In this document: piece after piece, positions 17,173 through 26,051 of the stretch
Layout of the letters: every line of letters begins with the position of its first letter
Position numbering within the stretch: position 1 is the stretch's first letter
Assembly: GCA_963704435.1 (NCBI GenBank)
Contig: OY969902.1
Coordinates: 480,001 to 512,000 of the forward strand
Reading direction: 5' to 3'
Source: an uncultured archaeon
GTDB taxonomy: Archaea > Micrarchaeota > Micrarchaeia > Micrarchaeales > CABMGC01
Length of the DNA stretch: 32,000 nt
Program-made: the position numbers and the translations under genes
The notes under the pieces: generated by a model
Told to the model about the DNA's origin: nothing
The model's input: the letters and a program-made list of their open reading frames with translations, nothing else
The model's database searches: none

Positions 17173-18207
17173 ATGCTCGGCGTGAGGGTAAGGAAGGAAA
17201 ATGCGGAGAAAGTGAGGGTGTTCCTCAGCGGGAGCGGGAATCTGGACAAGGGCCATGCGGTGCTCAGGCGCGGCCCCTTCGTATACTTTCCGCTGGAGGA
17301 GAAACCGGATGACAAGGCAATGAGGGAGCTAAGGGGGCTCGGGGCAGGGTTATCGAAAGCGAATTTCGCCCCGCAGAAGGGAAAGATGAACTACGGGGAG
17401 CTGATGGCAAAGGCGCGCGGGTCTAGCCCTGAGGATTCCGCCAGGGGCTACGACCTTCTCGGCGACATAGCTGTGATAGACGCGAGCCCGGCTGCCGCCA
17501 GGCGCATGGCTGGAGCGCTGATGAAGGCGAACGGAAACATTAAGACAGTCCTCAGGAAGGGCGGCGCCGTGAGCGGCAGGTTCAGGACCAGGAAGTTCTA
17601 CTATGTGGCGGGAAGGAGGAACTATCTCGCGGACTACAGGGAGAACGGCTGCAGGTTCAGGTTCGACGTGAGGAAGGTATTCTTCTCCCCGAGGCTCGCG
17701 CACGAGCGCAATCGCGTGAGCGGGCTCGCAAGGGACGGCGAGAGCGTTGTCGTTATGTTCTCAGGGGTCGGTCCCTTTGCCATAGAGATAGCTAAGGCGC
17801 ATAGGAACTGTAAGGTAGTCGCGATGGAGCTCAACAAAGAGGCCCACAAGGCGGCGATAAAGAACAAGGAGCTTAACAAGGTTGGCAACGTCGCGCTCGC
17901 TCAGGGTGACGTCAAGAAACTGGCATCAGAATACAGAGGCTTCACGGACAGGATAGTCATGCCCCTGCCGAAGGACGCAGCGCGATTCCTCGACGAGGTC
18001 CTTACGGTAGCTAAGCCGAAATGCACGGTCCACTACTACGCGTTCTGCAAGTCGGGAGGAGAGAGCAGGACCATTGAAGGGATAAGGAAGTTCTTCGAGT
18101 CGCATGGGAAGAGGTTCAAACTGATCGCCATGCGGGAGGTACGGCCCTACTCTCACGACATGGTCGAGATCGTTGTGGATTTCGCTATCCATGATAAAAA
18201 GATATAA
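17173..18207 (+). CDS. Trm5/Tyw2-family tRNA methyltransferase
   Basis: VVVMFSGVGPFAIEIAKAHRNCKVVAMELNKEAHKAAIKNKELNKVGNVALAQGDV; DRIVMPLPKDAARFLDE in the motif-IV position. Confidence 0.82.
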   Translation: MLGVRVRKENAEKVRVFLSGSGNLDKGHAVLRRGPFVYFPLEEKPDDKAMRELRGLGAGLSKANFAPQKGKMNYGELMAKARGSSPEDSARGYDLLGDIAVIDASPAAARRMAGALMKANGNIKTVLRKGGAVSGRFRTRKFYYVAGRRNYLADYRENGCRFRFDVRKVFFSPRLAHERNRVSGLARDGESVVVMFSGVGPFAIEIAKAHRNCKVVAMELNKEAHKAAIKNKELNKVGNVALAQGDVKKLASEYRGFTDRIVMPLPKDAARFLDEVLTVAKPKCTVHYYAFCKSGGESRTIEGIRKFFESHGKRFKLIAMREVRPYSHDMVEIVVDFAIHDKKI

Positions 18208-18244
18208 AACTTCGCGTAGCATCTAGGTTTGAGAAAAGGATTCG

Positions 18245-20395
18245 ATGAGAGCGCAATCCGCCATAGAATTTATGGCCACGTATTCCTGGGCCCTCATAGT
18301 CATTGCGGTATTCATTGCGGTTGTGGGGGTGCTGATCCTTTCGCCCACGAAAGGCACGGCCACGCTGTCACCATCATCCTGCTACCTGACTCCTTCGCTG
18401 CCCTGCTACCAGTCAGTGCTGCTGACCAATTCGAGTGGGTCGCAGTTCATAGCGCTCTTCCAGAACAACATGGGCGTTAGCATGTACTTTCCTGCCAATG
18501 CCATATCCCTGCACCCGTCCTACTCGTCAAGCACGGCCTATTCCGGGTCGTGCCTGCCCCAGACCGCGCCTCCTGGCGCAACAGTGATATGCAACGTCAG
18601 CATTGCGACCTACAGCCCCGCGGTCGGAACGCAGCTCTACCCGACTTTCACGCTGAGCTACCAGATATGCCCTTCCTGCGCCACCGCGGGCGCGCAGAGT
18701 TATAACACGAGCGGCACCTCCACGCTTACCGCGTCCTCCTTCAGCAGCGTCCTCTACAGCGTACAGCTGCTCACGAGCACAGGGACCGGGAACATAGTGG
18801 TCGGCGGCGTGAAGTACCCGAGCGGCGCGAACGTAATCTTCCTGGCGGGGGTCAATTATCCCATATATGCGATACCACCAAGCGGCATCGTCAATTTCGG
18901 GGGTTGGTTGAGCTCGAACTTGGTCGTCGGGAGCCCCATGCAGCAGTCCACCACCGCGCAGGGCGCCATAAACCCTGATCCGGCGGCGTGCCTCCGGGCG
19001 GCCTTTAACTCCCTTTTCTACTCGCTTTCGATGTCGGTTAGTCCGAGTGGGGGAGGCACGGTCACACCGCTCGGAGGCTCTTACTCAATGGGAACAGTAG
19101 TGCCGATATACGCGACACCGAGCATCAACTATGCGTTCTCGAGCTGGAATGGAGTAGGGACTGGCAGCTACACCGGCTCAGCGAGTTCCGCGAGCGTGAC
19201 AATGAACAGTGCCATAACTGAGACTGCCAACTTCAACCCGATGCTTACTGTAATCAACAGCGGCTGCACTTCCGTATCCGGCTCCGGTACATACAACTAT
19301 GGTTCATCCGCCCAGTTCTCCGCAGTGGTGCCAACAGGCGCCATCCTAGGATGGACAGGCTCCGGAACGGGTTACTACTCTGGATCGAATAATCCCGGAT
19401 CTGTGACAATGTACAATCCGATTACGGAAACCGCAACGTGTAGTGGTGCCTACGTCCCGATAACCCTGACGAATTCCGCGGGTTCTGCAACGGCATCATC
19501 TTTCCCGCAGATGATTACGGTCAATTCTAACACATACTCCTCGTATGAAAGCTCTGGCTTGCAGAACATAGAATTCACCACGGGCGCTGCAGGAACAGGT
19601 CTGGTACTGTACGCTTGGTGCGAGAGTGGGTGCACAAGCACCAGCACGTCCACTGTCTGGTGGGTCGAGCTAGTCAGGTCCATATCCGGCAGCGGGGGCA
19701 CGCAAATGGTGTACATGAACTTCGTGCCGAGCAGCATGATGACGGGCACTACCGGATTCACGGGCGAGGCGCCGCAGCTATACGGAGGAAGTTACGCGCA
19801 GACGAGCTACGCCCAGTATGACAACGGAGCGGAGATATTCAACTATTATGACAATTTCTTGGGCGCGACGGTCGGGAGCCAGTACACGCAAGTCCTAGGA
19901 GCGACTATGTCAATCTCTCAGAGCAATGGACTGACGCTCTCTTGTGGGTCAGGGGATGGGGGAATAATATTGAACAACGGCTTTGTAGCAGGAACGGAAA
20001 TATTTGATGCCGATATTACTTCACTGTCCAGCAGCTATCCGGCACTGGCGCTGCTAACTGGCAACACTGCCTCGTCAGGAGGATACTGGTTTAGCTATGG
20101 CGATGGCATCGTAGAAGCCTATATGGCCTCAGGGGTGGCACAGGCGACACCAACTCCAAATCTAGCAACTGGAATAGAGGGTGGCGTATGGCTCACCTCT
20201 TCTTCGCAGACCTGGTATAATAATTATGTTCCGACTTCCGGGACGGTCAGCTATTATTCCATCGGATCGACTACATATGCTGCATTAGGCTCCTGGTACA
20301 AAACAGGCGGAACTTCAATAGAGCAGTGGATCAGACTTCGCGCCTACCCGCCAAGCGGTGCCATGCCGACGGCGAGCTTTGGTAGCTTGGCATGA
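18245..20395 (+). CDS. Large surface protein with class III (type IV pilin-like) signal peptide and InlB-like B repeats
   Basis: N-terminus RAQSAIEFMATYSWALIVIAVFIAVVGVLIL; repeats GTGSYTGSASSASVTMNSAITETANF and GTGYYSGSNNPGSVTMYNPITETATC; Ser/Thr/Gly-rich body. Confidence 0.75.
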   Translation: MRAQSAIEFMATYSWALIVIAVFIAVVGVLILSPTKGTATLSPSSCYLTPSLPCYQSVLLTNSSGSQFIALFQNNMGVSMYFPANAISLHPSYSSSTAYSGSCLPQTAPPGATVICNVSIATYSPAVGTQLYPTFTLSYQICPSCATAGAQSYNTSGTSTLTASSFSSVLYSVQLLTSTGTGNIVVGGVKYPSGANVIFLAGVNYPIYAIPPSGIVNFGGWLSSNLVVGSPMQQSTTAQGAINPDPAACLRAAFNSLFYSLSMSVSPSGGGTVTPLGGSYSMGTVVPIYATPSINYAFSSWNGVGTGSYTGSASSASVTMNSAITETANFNPMLTVINSGCTSVSGSGTYNYGSSAQFSAVVPTGAILGWTGSGTGYYSGSNNPGSVTMYNPITETATCSGAYVPITLTNSAGSATASSFPQMITVNSNTYSSYESSGLQNIEFTTGAAGTGLVLYAWCESGCTSTSTSTVWWVELVRSISGSGGTQMVYMNFVPSSMMTGTTGFTGEAPQLYGGSYAQTSYAQYDNGAEIFNYYDNFLGATVGSQYTQVLGATMSISQSNGLTLSCGSGDGGIILNNGFVAGTEIFDADITSLSSSYPALALLTGNTASSGGYWFSYGDGIVEAYMASGVAQATPTPNLATGIEGGVWLTSSSQTWYNNYVPTSGTVSYYSIGSTTYAALGSWYKTGGTSIEQWIRLRAYPPSGAMPTASFGSLA

Positions 20396-20500
20396 AAAGC
20401 GGCGTTCCATATTTAATTTATGTGCTGGAGTACCCCTATGCTGTTAATTCAGTTAACCTCAGGCAGATTATTCGTTAAGTGTGTGTGCGGATCCGACTAC

Positions 20501-20566
20501 CGCTAATTGTACACCGACTTGTACTCGTTCCCGCTGTCGTCGTGGATGTCGATGCACTCGCCCTCG
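20501..20566 (-). pseudogene. Remnant of a ferredoxin gene 3' end
   Basis: 66 bp matching 21973..22038 with 4 mismatches. Minus-strand translation ends GECIDIHDDSGNEYKSVYN*, versus GECIVIHDDSGNEYKSVYK* in the intact gene. Confidence 0.85.
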
Positions 20567-20573
20567 ATCGACT

Positions 20574-21203
20574 TCAGTAGGGACTCTCAAGCCTCTTCAG
20601 ATGAACCATCGGCTTGTACTTCTCGACAAAGCCCTTGACATCAACCCTTGTGCGCTCGTCATACCTGCCAAGGTAGCCTCCAAGCCTGCGCAAATCGATT
20701 GCGGAGAGGATGCCGCTGTAGCTCTGGACCGAAAGCCTCACGTTATAGTAAAAGAGGTCTATCAATGTCTTCTCGGGATCGGATACTGGCACAGAGAATT
20801 TCCCGTATCTGACCGTGCCAAACCCGAAGAAGTACTTGGCGGGCACGTGGTGAAGGAATATGACGTCATCCGCATCACCGAAGACCGTCGTTCTTGATGA
20901 CCTGACTCTCTTCATGGTCATCACATCCGGCCTCGAATGCTGCGTCCACAGGCCGCGCATCGTCAGCGCGGAGAGGAGGCCGTAGTAGAAGGGCGCGTAC
21001 GCGAAGCCTGCTACGGCATCGTCCTTTGTAGCCGAATAAACTCCCTTTTTTATGGAGTATATTCTTCCGCTGGTTTTTAGATAGGACAGAACTCTTGCGA
21101 TATCCGGCTTCTGCCCGGCACCTCGCAGGTACAGTTCTACGTCCCTGTACGTAAACGTCGGGTAGGAGGAGAACTTCTCAAGTATGAGCTTACCCGGCTT
21201 CAT
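20574..21203 (-). CDS. AbiEi-like antitoxin (winged-helix type IV TA antitoxin)
   Basis: 209 aa; FTYRDVELYL...VLSYLKTSGRIYSIKKGVYS..FYYGLLSAL..., paired with a nucleotidyltransferase; ends overlap by 14 bp. Confidence 0.72.
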   Translation of the reverse strand: MKPGKLILEKFSSYPTFTYRDVELYLRGAGQKPDIARVLSYLKTSGRIYSIKKGVYSATKDDAVAGFAYAPFYYGLLSALTMRGLWTQHSRPDVMTMKRVRSSRTTVFGDADDVIFLHHVPAKYFFGFGTVRYGKFSVPVSDPEKTLIDLFYYNVRLSVQSYSGILSAIDLRRLGGYLGRYDERTRVDVKGFVEKYKPMVHLKRLESPY

Positions 21204-21864
21204 GCGCCCATTCCTTTATTTTCTTGACCATGAACTCGAAACTGGGGGCCGCCCCGCTCAGGATCAGGTGGTCGAGGCTGCGCACGTTGCGGGGCGGGTC
21301 CTTCTCGGCCTCCTCAATCAGGGCGGCCAGCCTTCTGGCCGTCTGAGGCTTCCTGCTGCACAGTGCGGTGAGGTGATAAATGTCATAGAAGTCCTGGACT
21401 TCGGCCTGCTTGAATCCCCCTCCGCGCCTCTTGTCTTCGCATGCCTCTATCTTCTCCTCCAAAAGTTCTTCCGGGGTCAGGGATAGCACAACCATCTTGC
21501 TCCCATCCACCCTCGTGTACTCCACAGGCGCGCCTTTCTTCGGCTTCAGGTTCAGGTCTATTTTCATCTTCGTGGTTGATTCGACAAGGAGATGCATGGT
21601 CCTGGTCTTGCCGTCATAGCCCCTTTCCTTCAGCGCAAACCCCTTATCCTTGAGGAAATCGGAAATTTCAGTGAGAAGAGGGCCTGCTTCCGTCCGACCG
21701 CCGATATAGAAATCTATGTCCCTCGAGAACCTGTTGCCTGAATAGCACCGCCATATCGCGGTCCCTCCATGAAACACGAGTTCCTTGTACTTGCCGTAGA
21801 GCAGCTCGACGAGGACGTCCTCCAGCTTTGCCTTTTCAAGTTGGTCGTCGGTCTTGAAATTCAT
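21190..21864 (-). CDS. AbiEii-like nucleotidyltransferase toxin
   Basis: From MNFKTDDQLEKAK; LVFHGGTAIWRCYSGNRFSRDIDFYI (GG..W...RFSxDxDF) and KIEACEDKRRGGGFKQAEVQDFYDIYHL. The track ORF extends to 22323 but its N-terminus lies antisense across the ferredoxin region. Confidence 0.85.
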   Translation of the reverse strand: MNFKTDDQLEKAKLEDVLVELLYGKYKELVFHGGTAIWRCYSGNRFSRDIDFYIGGRTEAGPLLTEISDFLKDKGFALKERGYDGKTRTMHLLVESTTKMKIDLNLKPKKGAPVEYTRVDGSKMVVLSLTPEELLEEKIEACEDKRRGGGFKQAEVQDFYDIYHLTALCSRKPQTARRLAALIEEAEKDPPRNVRSLDHLILSGAAPSFEFMVKKIKEWAHEAG

Positions 21865-21882
21865 GCGGGTTCCCCGAATTTG

Positions 21883-21926
21883 ATAAGTCCACTTTATTAC
21901 AGTTTTATGTAATAATATGGACTTAT
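21883..21926. promoter_or_regulatory. Inverted repeat in the AbiE-like operon promoter (putative operator)
   Basis: ATAAGTCCACTTTATTAC - agttttat - GTAATAATATGGACTTAT; 16 of 18 positions complementary, 19-62 nt upstream of the toxin ATG. Confidence 0.7.
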
Positions 21927-21974
21927 ATCTTAATAAACTTAGCGGGAAACCCGCTTGACGGAACTGATTGTGCG

Positions 21975-22349
21975 CTACTTGTACACGGACTTGTACTCGT
22001 TCCCGCTGTCGTCGTGTATGACGATGCACTCGCCCTCGCACTCTATGAGGCACGCCTGGCAGAGTATGCAGGACGCTCCGTTCGTAGCGCACGACAGTCC
22101 TCCGCTGGTTCCGTCGCTCTCCTGCGCGAAGTGCCTGTGACCGTCTTCCGCATTGGACCATTTCGCGAAGTCGTCCGGGTCGATCTTCCCGGTCCACTGG
22201 TGCTCCGCCGGCGCGGTGTCCGAGTTCGCCCCGTCCGCGTTGGGGTTCTCCTTCGTGCCCCTGCCCTTCATCTCGTAGACGCCCACGGGGCAGACGTCCC
22301 TGCAGTGCTGGCATCCTGTGCACCTCTCCTTCTCGACATACACGTCCAT
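21975..22349 (-). CDS. Ferredoxin with two 4Fe-4S motifs separated by a long acidic insert
   Basis: ERCTGCQHCRDVCPVGVYEM and CILCQACLIECEGECIVI flank about 60 residues rich in D/E/S/G/A. Confidence 0.85.
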   Translation of the reverse strand: MDVYVEKERCTGCQHCRDVCPVGVYEMKGRGTKENPNADGANSDTAPAEHQWTGKIDPDDFAKWSNAEDGHRHFAQESDGTSGGLSCATNGASCILCQACLIECEGECIVIHDDSGNEYKSVYK

Positions 22350-22503
22350 AGCATCAACAGGTCTATTTGCAGCGCGCTGCTTTTATATTTGCGCTATTCC
22401 TGCCTTTTTGGCCGGTTGGCCGGCAGGCAGTAAAATATATATGTTTTGCCATTTATATTATACGCCAGTTCTAGACCAGGGTTAGAGCTATCTTTCTTCC
22501 TTT

Positions 22504-22737
22504 TTGGGTGTAATATTGGTTAAGCGAGAACACGAGCTCGTACCTGTACACAAGATCATGAGCGCGGACGACATCGAGGACATGCTCAAGGCGCGCGGCA
22601 TAACCGCGAACAACCTGCCCAAGATCTCCGCCAGCGACCAACAGGCGAAGAAGCTTGGCGCGAAGCCTGGCGATGTGCTTCTGATAGAGCGCAACGACGG
22701 AAAGGAGTATGATTACTACAGGCAGGTAGTTGACTGA
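22504..22737 (+). CDS. rpoH: DNA-directed RNA polymerase subunit H (Rpb5 C-terminal-like)
   Basis: HELVPVHKIMSADDIEDMLKARGITANNLPKISASDQQAKKLGAKPGDVLLIERN. The start could also be TTG at 22516. Confidence 0.93.
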   Translation: MGVILVKREHELVPVHKIMSADDIEDMLKARGITANNLPKISASDQQAKKLGAKPGDVLLIERNDGKEYDYYRQVVD

Positions 22738-24214
22738 TTCGGGTGTTTTGATAAGGGAGAACGCATTGCTGGAAGCCTATCTGAATTCCACCTCTCTGGT
22801 GCAGCACCAGATAGACGGGTTCAACAGGTTCGTGGAGACGGACCTGCAGAAGATAATCGACCAGCAGGCGGTGATACAGCCCAGCGTCGAGGGGTTCGCC
22901 CTCAAGCTCGGCAAGGTCAGGCTCGACAAGCCCTCGATAATCGAGGCCGACAGCTCGAGGAGGAACATACTCCCCAACGAGGCCAGGCTTCGGAACCTCA
23001 CCTACGCGTCCCCGATGTTCCTCGAGTTCGTCCCTGTCATAAGGGGCATCGAGAAGGAGGCCTCTTTCGGAGAGGTGTTCGTCGGCGAGCTCCCGATCGT
23101 CGTGAGGAGCAACCTGTGCCACTTCAAGATGATGACGCGCGGCCAGCTGTCTGAGAACGGGGAGGACCCGGACGACCCCGGCGGATATTTCGTGATAAAG
23201 GGCACCGAGCGCGTCCTCATCGGCCTCGAGGACCTGGCGCAGAACAGGATAATCACCGAGAAGAGCGGAGCTGAGTCTGCCAGCAAGGTCTTCTCAACTG
23301 CCCCGGGATTCAGGGCGAGGACCGTCGTCTCGCGCTCGAAGAACGGGATTTTCCTGGTCGAGTTCCCGACGCTGCACAAGCCGGTCGACATGGTGATGCT
23401 GCTGAGGTCTCTCGGCACGACCGTGAACGACATGCTCGACTCGTCGAGCGACATACCGACGTTCAAGAACGACGTGCTGCTGAACATGGAGACCAACCCC
23501 GCGAAGGACATGGGCCCGACGGAGGCGCTGCTTGAGTTCGGCAAGCTGTCCGCACCAGGGCAGGCGAAGGAGTATCAGCAGAAGCGCGCCGAGATGCAGA
23601 TAGACACCTACCTGCTCCCGCACATAGGGACGGGCGCAGAGGACAGGAAGGAGAAGGGCAAGTTCGTGCTCCAGATGGCGAGGCACGCGAGCATAGTCGC
23701 GAACCGCCTCGCGCAGCCGGACGACAAGGACCACTACGCGAACAAGAGGGTCAAGTACTCCGGGCAGCTCATGGAGGAGCTCTTCACATACGCGTTCAGG
23801 TTCTTCGTGAAGGACGTCAAGTACCAGATAGAGCGCGCGAGCGCAAGGGGCAGGAAGCTCAGCATACCGACCATCATAAGCCCCGAGACCATAACCGAGA
23901 AGATCGCCTATGCGATGGGTACCGGTACCTGGGTCGCCGGCCAGACGGGCGTGTCGCAGGTGCTCGACAGGACCAACCTGATACACACATACTCAGACCT
24001 TAGGAGGGTGAAGTCACCTCTCACGAGGAAGCACCCGCACTTCGCGGCGAGGGAGGTCCACGGCACGCAGTGGGGCAAGATCTGCATCTCCGAGACCCCC
24101 GAAGGACTTGACGTCGGACTCACCAAGTACCTGGCGCTGATGGCGAAGATAAGCGTTGGCGCGGACGAGAAGCTCGTCGAGTCGAAGCTGCGTGACATAG
24201 GCATAACCGAATGA
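22730..24214 (+). CDS. rpoB2: DNA-directed RNA polymerase subunit B'' (N-terminal half of B)
   Basis: 494 aa; HQIDGFNRFVETDLQKIID.., PDDPGGYFVIKGTERVLIGLEDLAQNR, HGTQWGKICISETPEGLDVGL. Confidence 0.95.
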   Translation: MTDSGVLIRENALLEAYLNSTSLVQHQIDGFNRFVETDLQKIIDQQAVIQPSVEGFALKLGKVRLDKPSIIEADSSRRNILPNEARLRNLTYASPMFLEFVPVIRGIEKEASFGEVFVGELPIVVRSNLCHFKMMTRGQLSENGEDPDDPGGYFVIKGTERVLIGLEDLAQNRIITEKSGAESASKVFSTAPGFRARTVVSRSKNGIFLVEFPTLHKPVDMVMLLRSLGTTVNDMLDSSSDIPTFKNDVLLNMETNPAKDMGPTEALLEFGKLSAPGQAKEYQQKRAEMQIDTYLLPHIGTGAEDRKEKGKFVLQMARHASIVANRLAQPDDKDHYANKRVKYSGQLMEELFTYAFRFFVKDVKYQIERASARGRKLSIPTIISPETITEKIAYAMGTGTWVAGQTGVSQVLDRTNLIHTYSDLRRVKSPLTRKHPHFAAREVHGTQWGKICISETPEGLDVGLTKYLALMAKISVGADEKLVESKLRDIGITE

Positions 24215-24223
24215 GGCATTGGA

Positions 24224-26047
24224 ATGGCGATAAGCGAAAAGTGCTACGTGCATCTTAACGGCCGAGCGATCGGCTACGTCGCGGACCCCGCGAAGTTCAT
24301 CAGCGAGGCGAGGTCCCAGAGGCGGAAGGGCGCGCTCTCCGGAGAGGTGAACGTCGCATACCTCGAGAGGCTCAACGTAATACACATCAACACGGACAGG
24401 GGAAGGGTCAGGAAGCCCTACATCATCGTGGAGGACGGGGCATCGAAGCTCACGAACGAGCTGTTCGAGAAGCTCAAGAAGAAGGAGATAGACTTCAACT
24501 ACCTGGTGAGGAACGGCATCATAGAGTTCCTCGACGCCGAGGAGGAGGAGAACGCTCTCGTGGCAGTGAACGAGAGCGACATAAATCCCAAGGTCACGCA
24601 CCTCGAGGTCGACCCGACCTCGATATTCGGGCTCACGCTGAACTGCGCGCCTTACCCTGAGACCAACGCCCTGGCCAGGCACCTCATGTTGGCGAGCTAC
24701 ATAAAGCAGGCACAGGGCCTCTACGCGACGAACTTCAACCTGAGGTTCGACTCGAGGACCTACATCCTGTTCTACCCGCAGGCGCCGATCGTCACGACGA
24801 CCGCGTACGAGGCGCTCAAGTTCAGCAGCCACGCCTCGGGCCAGAACTTCGTCATAGCCCTCTCCACCCACTACGGCTACAACAAGGAGGACTCGATAGT
24901 CATGAGCAGGGGCGCAGTGGACAGGGGCCTCGGCAGGAGCATGTTCTACAAGACCTACAGCGACGAGGAGAGGAGATACCCGGGAGGCCAGAAGGACGTG
25001 TTCAAGATGCCGCCCGCGACAACGGACGGCTACCTCGGTGAGCACGCCTACTCGAAGCTCAGCGAGGACGGGATAATCGAGCCTGAGATGGAGGTCGGCG
25101 AGGGGGATGTGCTCGTCGGCAAGGTCGCGCCGCCGCGGTTCCTTGAGGAGAGCATAGGCGCGAGCGGCCTGGAGGAGAAGACCAGGGACGACTCCATCGT
25201 AGTCAAGCCAGGGGACAAGGGCGTAGTCGACAGCGTCGTTTTCACGGAGTCGCCGGGAGCCACGAAGATAGTCAAGGTCCGCGTCAGGAGCATAAAGATA
25301 CCTGAGGTCGGAGACAAGTTCGGCAGCAGGCACGGCCAGAAGGGGGTCATCGCGCAGGTTGTCCCTGTCGAGGACATGCCGTTCACCGAGAGCGGCATAG
25401 TGCCTGACCTGCTGCTCAACCCGCACGGGATCCCCGGAAGGACCACTTTCGGACAGCTGCTCGAGACCATCGGCGCTAAGGCGGGCTCGCTCAAGGGCCT
25501 GAAGACCGACGGCACCGCGTTCTCCCAGAACGGCTGGGACAGGATAGAGGACAGCGCCAAGATCCTGGAGGCCTACGGCTTCGACAGGAACGGCGAGGAG
25601 ACGCTCTACGACGGTTTCACGGGCAAGCCGTTCAAGGCCAAGATATTCACAGGGGTCGTGTACTACAACAGGCTCCACCACATGGTCAGCAACAAGATGC
25701 AGGTCAGGAGCAGGGGCACAGTGCAGATACTCACCCATCAGCCCACGGAGGGCAAGGCGAGGCTCGGAGGCCTGAGGTTCGGGGAGATGGAAAGGGACGT
25801 GCTGGTGGCATACGGAGCGAGCCTGCTGCTCAAGGAGAGGATGCTGGACCAGAGCGACAAGTGGCCGGTCCTCATATGCAAGGACTGCGGGTCCGTCGGC
25901 TACAGGGACTACGCGAAGAAGGCCAACGTGTGCCCGCTCTGCGGAGGGAGCGGCCTGGTTGAGGTCGAGATAAGCTACGCGTTCAAGCTGCTGCTGGACG
26001 AGATAAGGTCGCTGCACATAAGGCCGAGGATAAGGCTGGAGGCGTGA
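24224..26047 (+). CDS. rpoB1: DNA-directed RNA polymerase subunit B' (C-terminal half of B)
   Basis: 607 aa; YNKEDSIVMSRGAVDRGLGRS, GDKFGSRHGQKGVIAQV, CKDCGSVGY..CPLCGGSG. Confidence 0.96.
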   Translation: MAISEKCYVHLNGRAIGYVADPAKFISEARSQRRKGALSGEVNVAYLERLNVIHINTDRGRVRKPYIIVEDGASKLTNELFEKLKKKEIDFNYLVRNGIIEFLDAEEEENALVAVNESDINPKVTHLEVDPTSIFGLTLNCAPYPETNALARHLMLASYIKQAQGLYATNFNLRFDSRTYILFYPQAPIVTTTAYEALKFSSHASGQNFVIALSTHYGYNKEDSIVMSRGAVDRGLGRSMFYKTYSDEERRYPGGQKDVFKMPPATTDGYLGEHAYSKLSEDGIIEPEMEVGEGDVLVGKVAPPRFLEESIGASGLEEKTRDDSIVVKPGDKGVVDSVVFTESPGATKIVKVRVRSIKIPEVGDKFGSRHGQKGVIAQVVPVEDMPFTESGIVPDLLLNPHGIPGRTTFGQLLETIGAKAGSLKGLKTDGTAFSQNGWDRIEDSAKILEAYGFDRNGEETLYDGFTGKPFKAKIFTGVVYYNRLHHMVSNKMQVRSRGTVQILTHQPTEGKARLGGLRFGEMERDVLVAYGASLLLKERMLDQSDKWPVLICKDCGSVGYRDYAKKANVCPLCGGSGLVEVEISYAFKLLLDEIRSLHIRPRIRLEA

Positions 26048-26051
26048 TGTT

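Noticed and set aside
20481-20897. Plus-strand 138-aa ORF opposite the AbiEi-like gene, crossing the ferredoxin remnant
   Set aside because: No recognisable motifs; explained by the minus-strand antitoxin and the duplicated tail.
21865-22323. N-terminal extension of the 377-aa nucleotidyltransferase ORF
   Set aside because: Reads through the promoter dyad and the ferredoxin gene in a different frame; family similarity begins near MNFKTDDQLEK at 21864.
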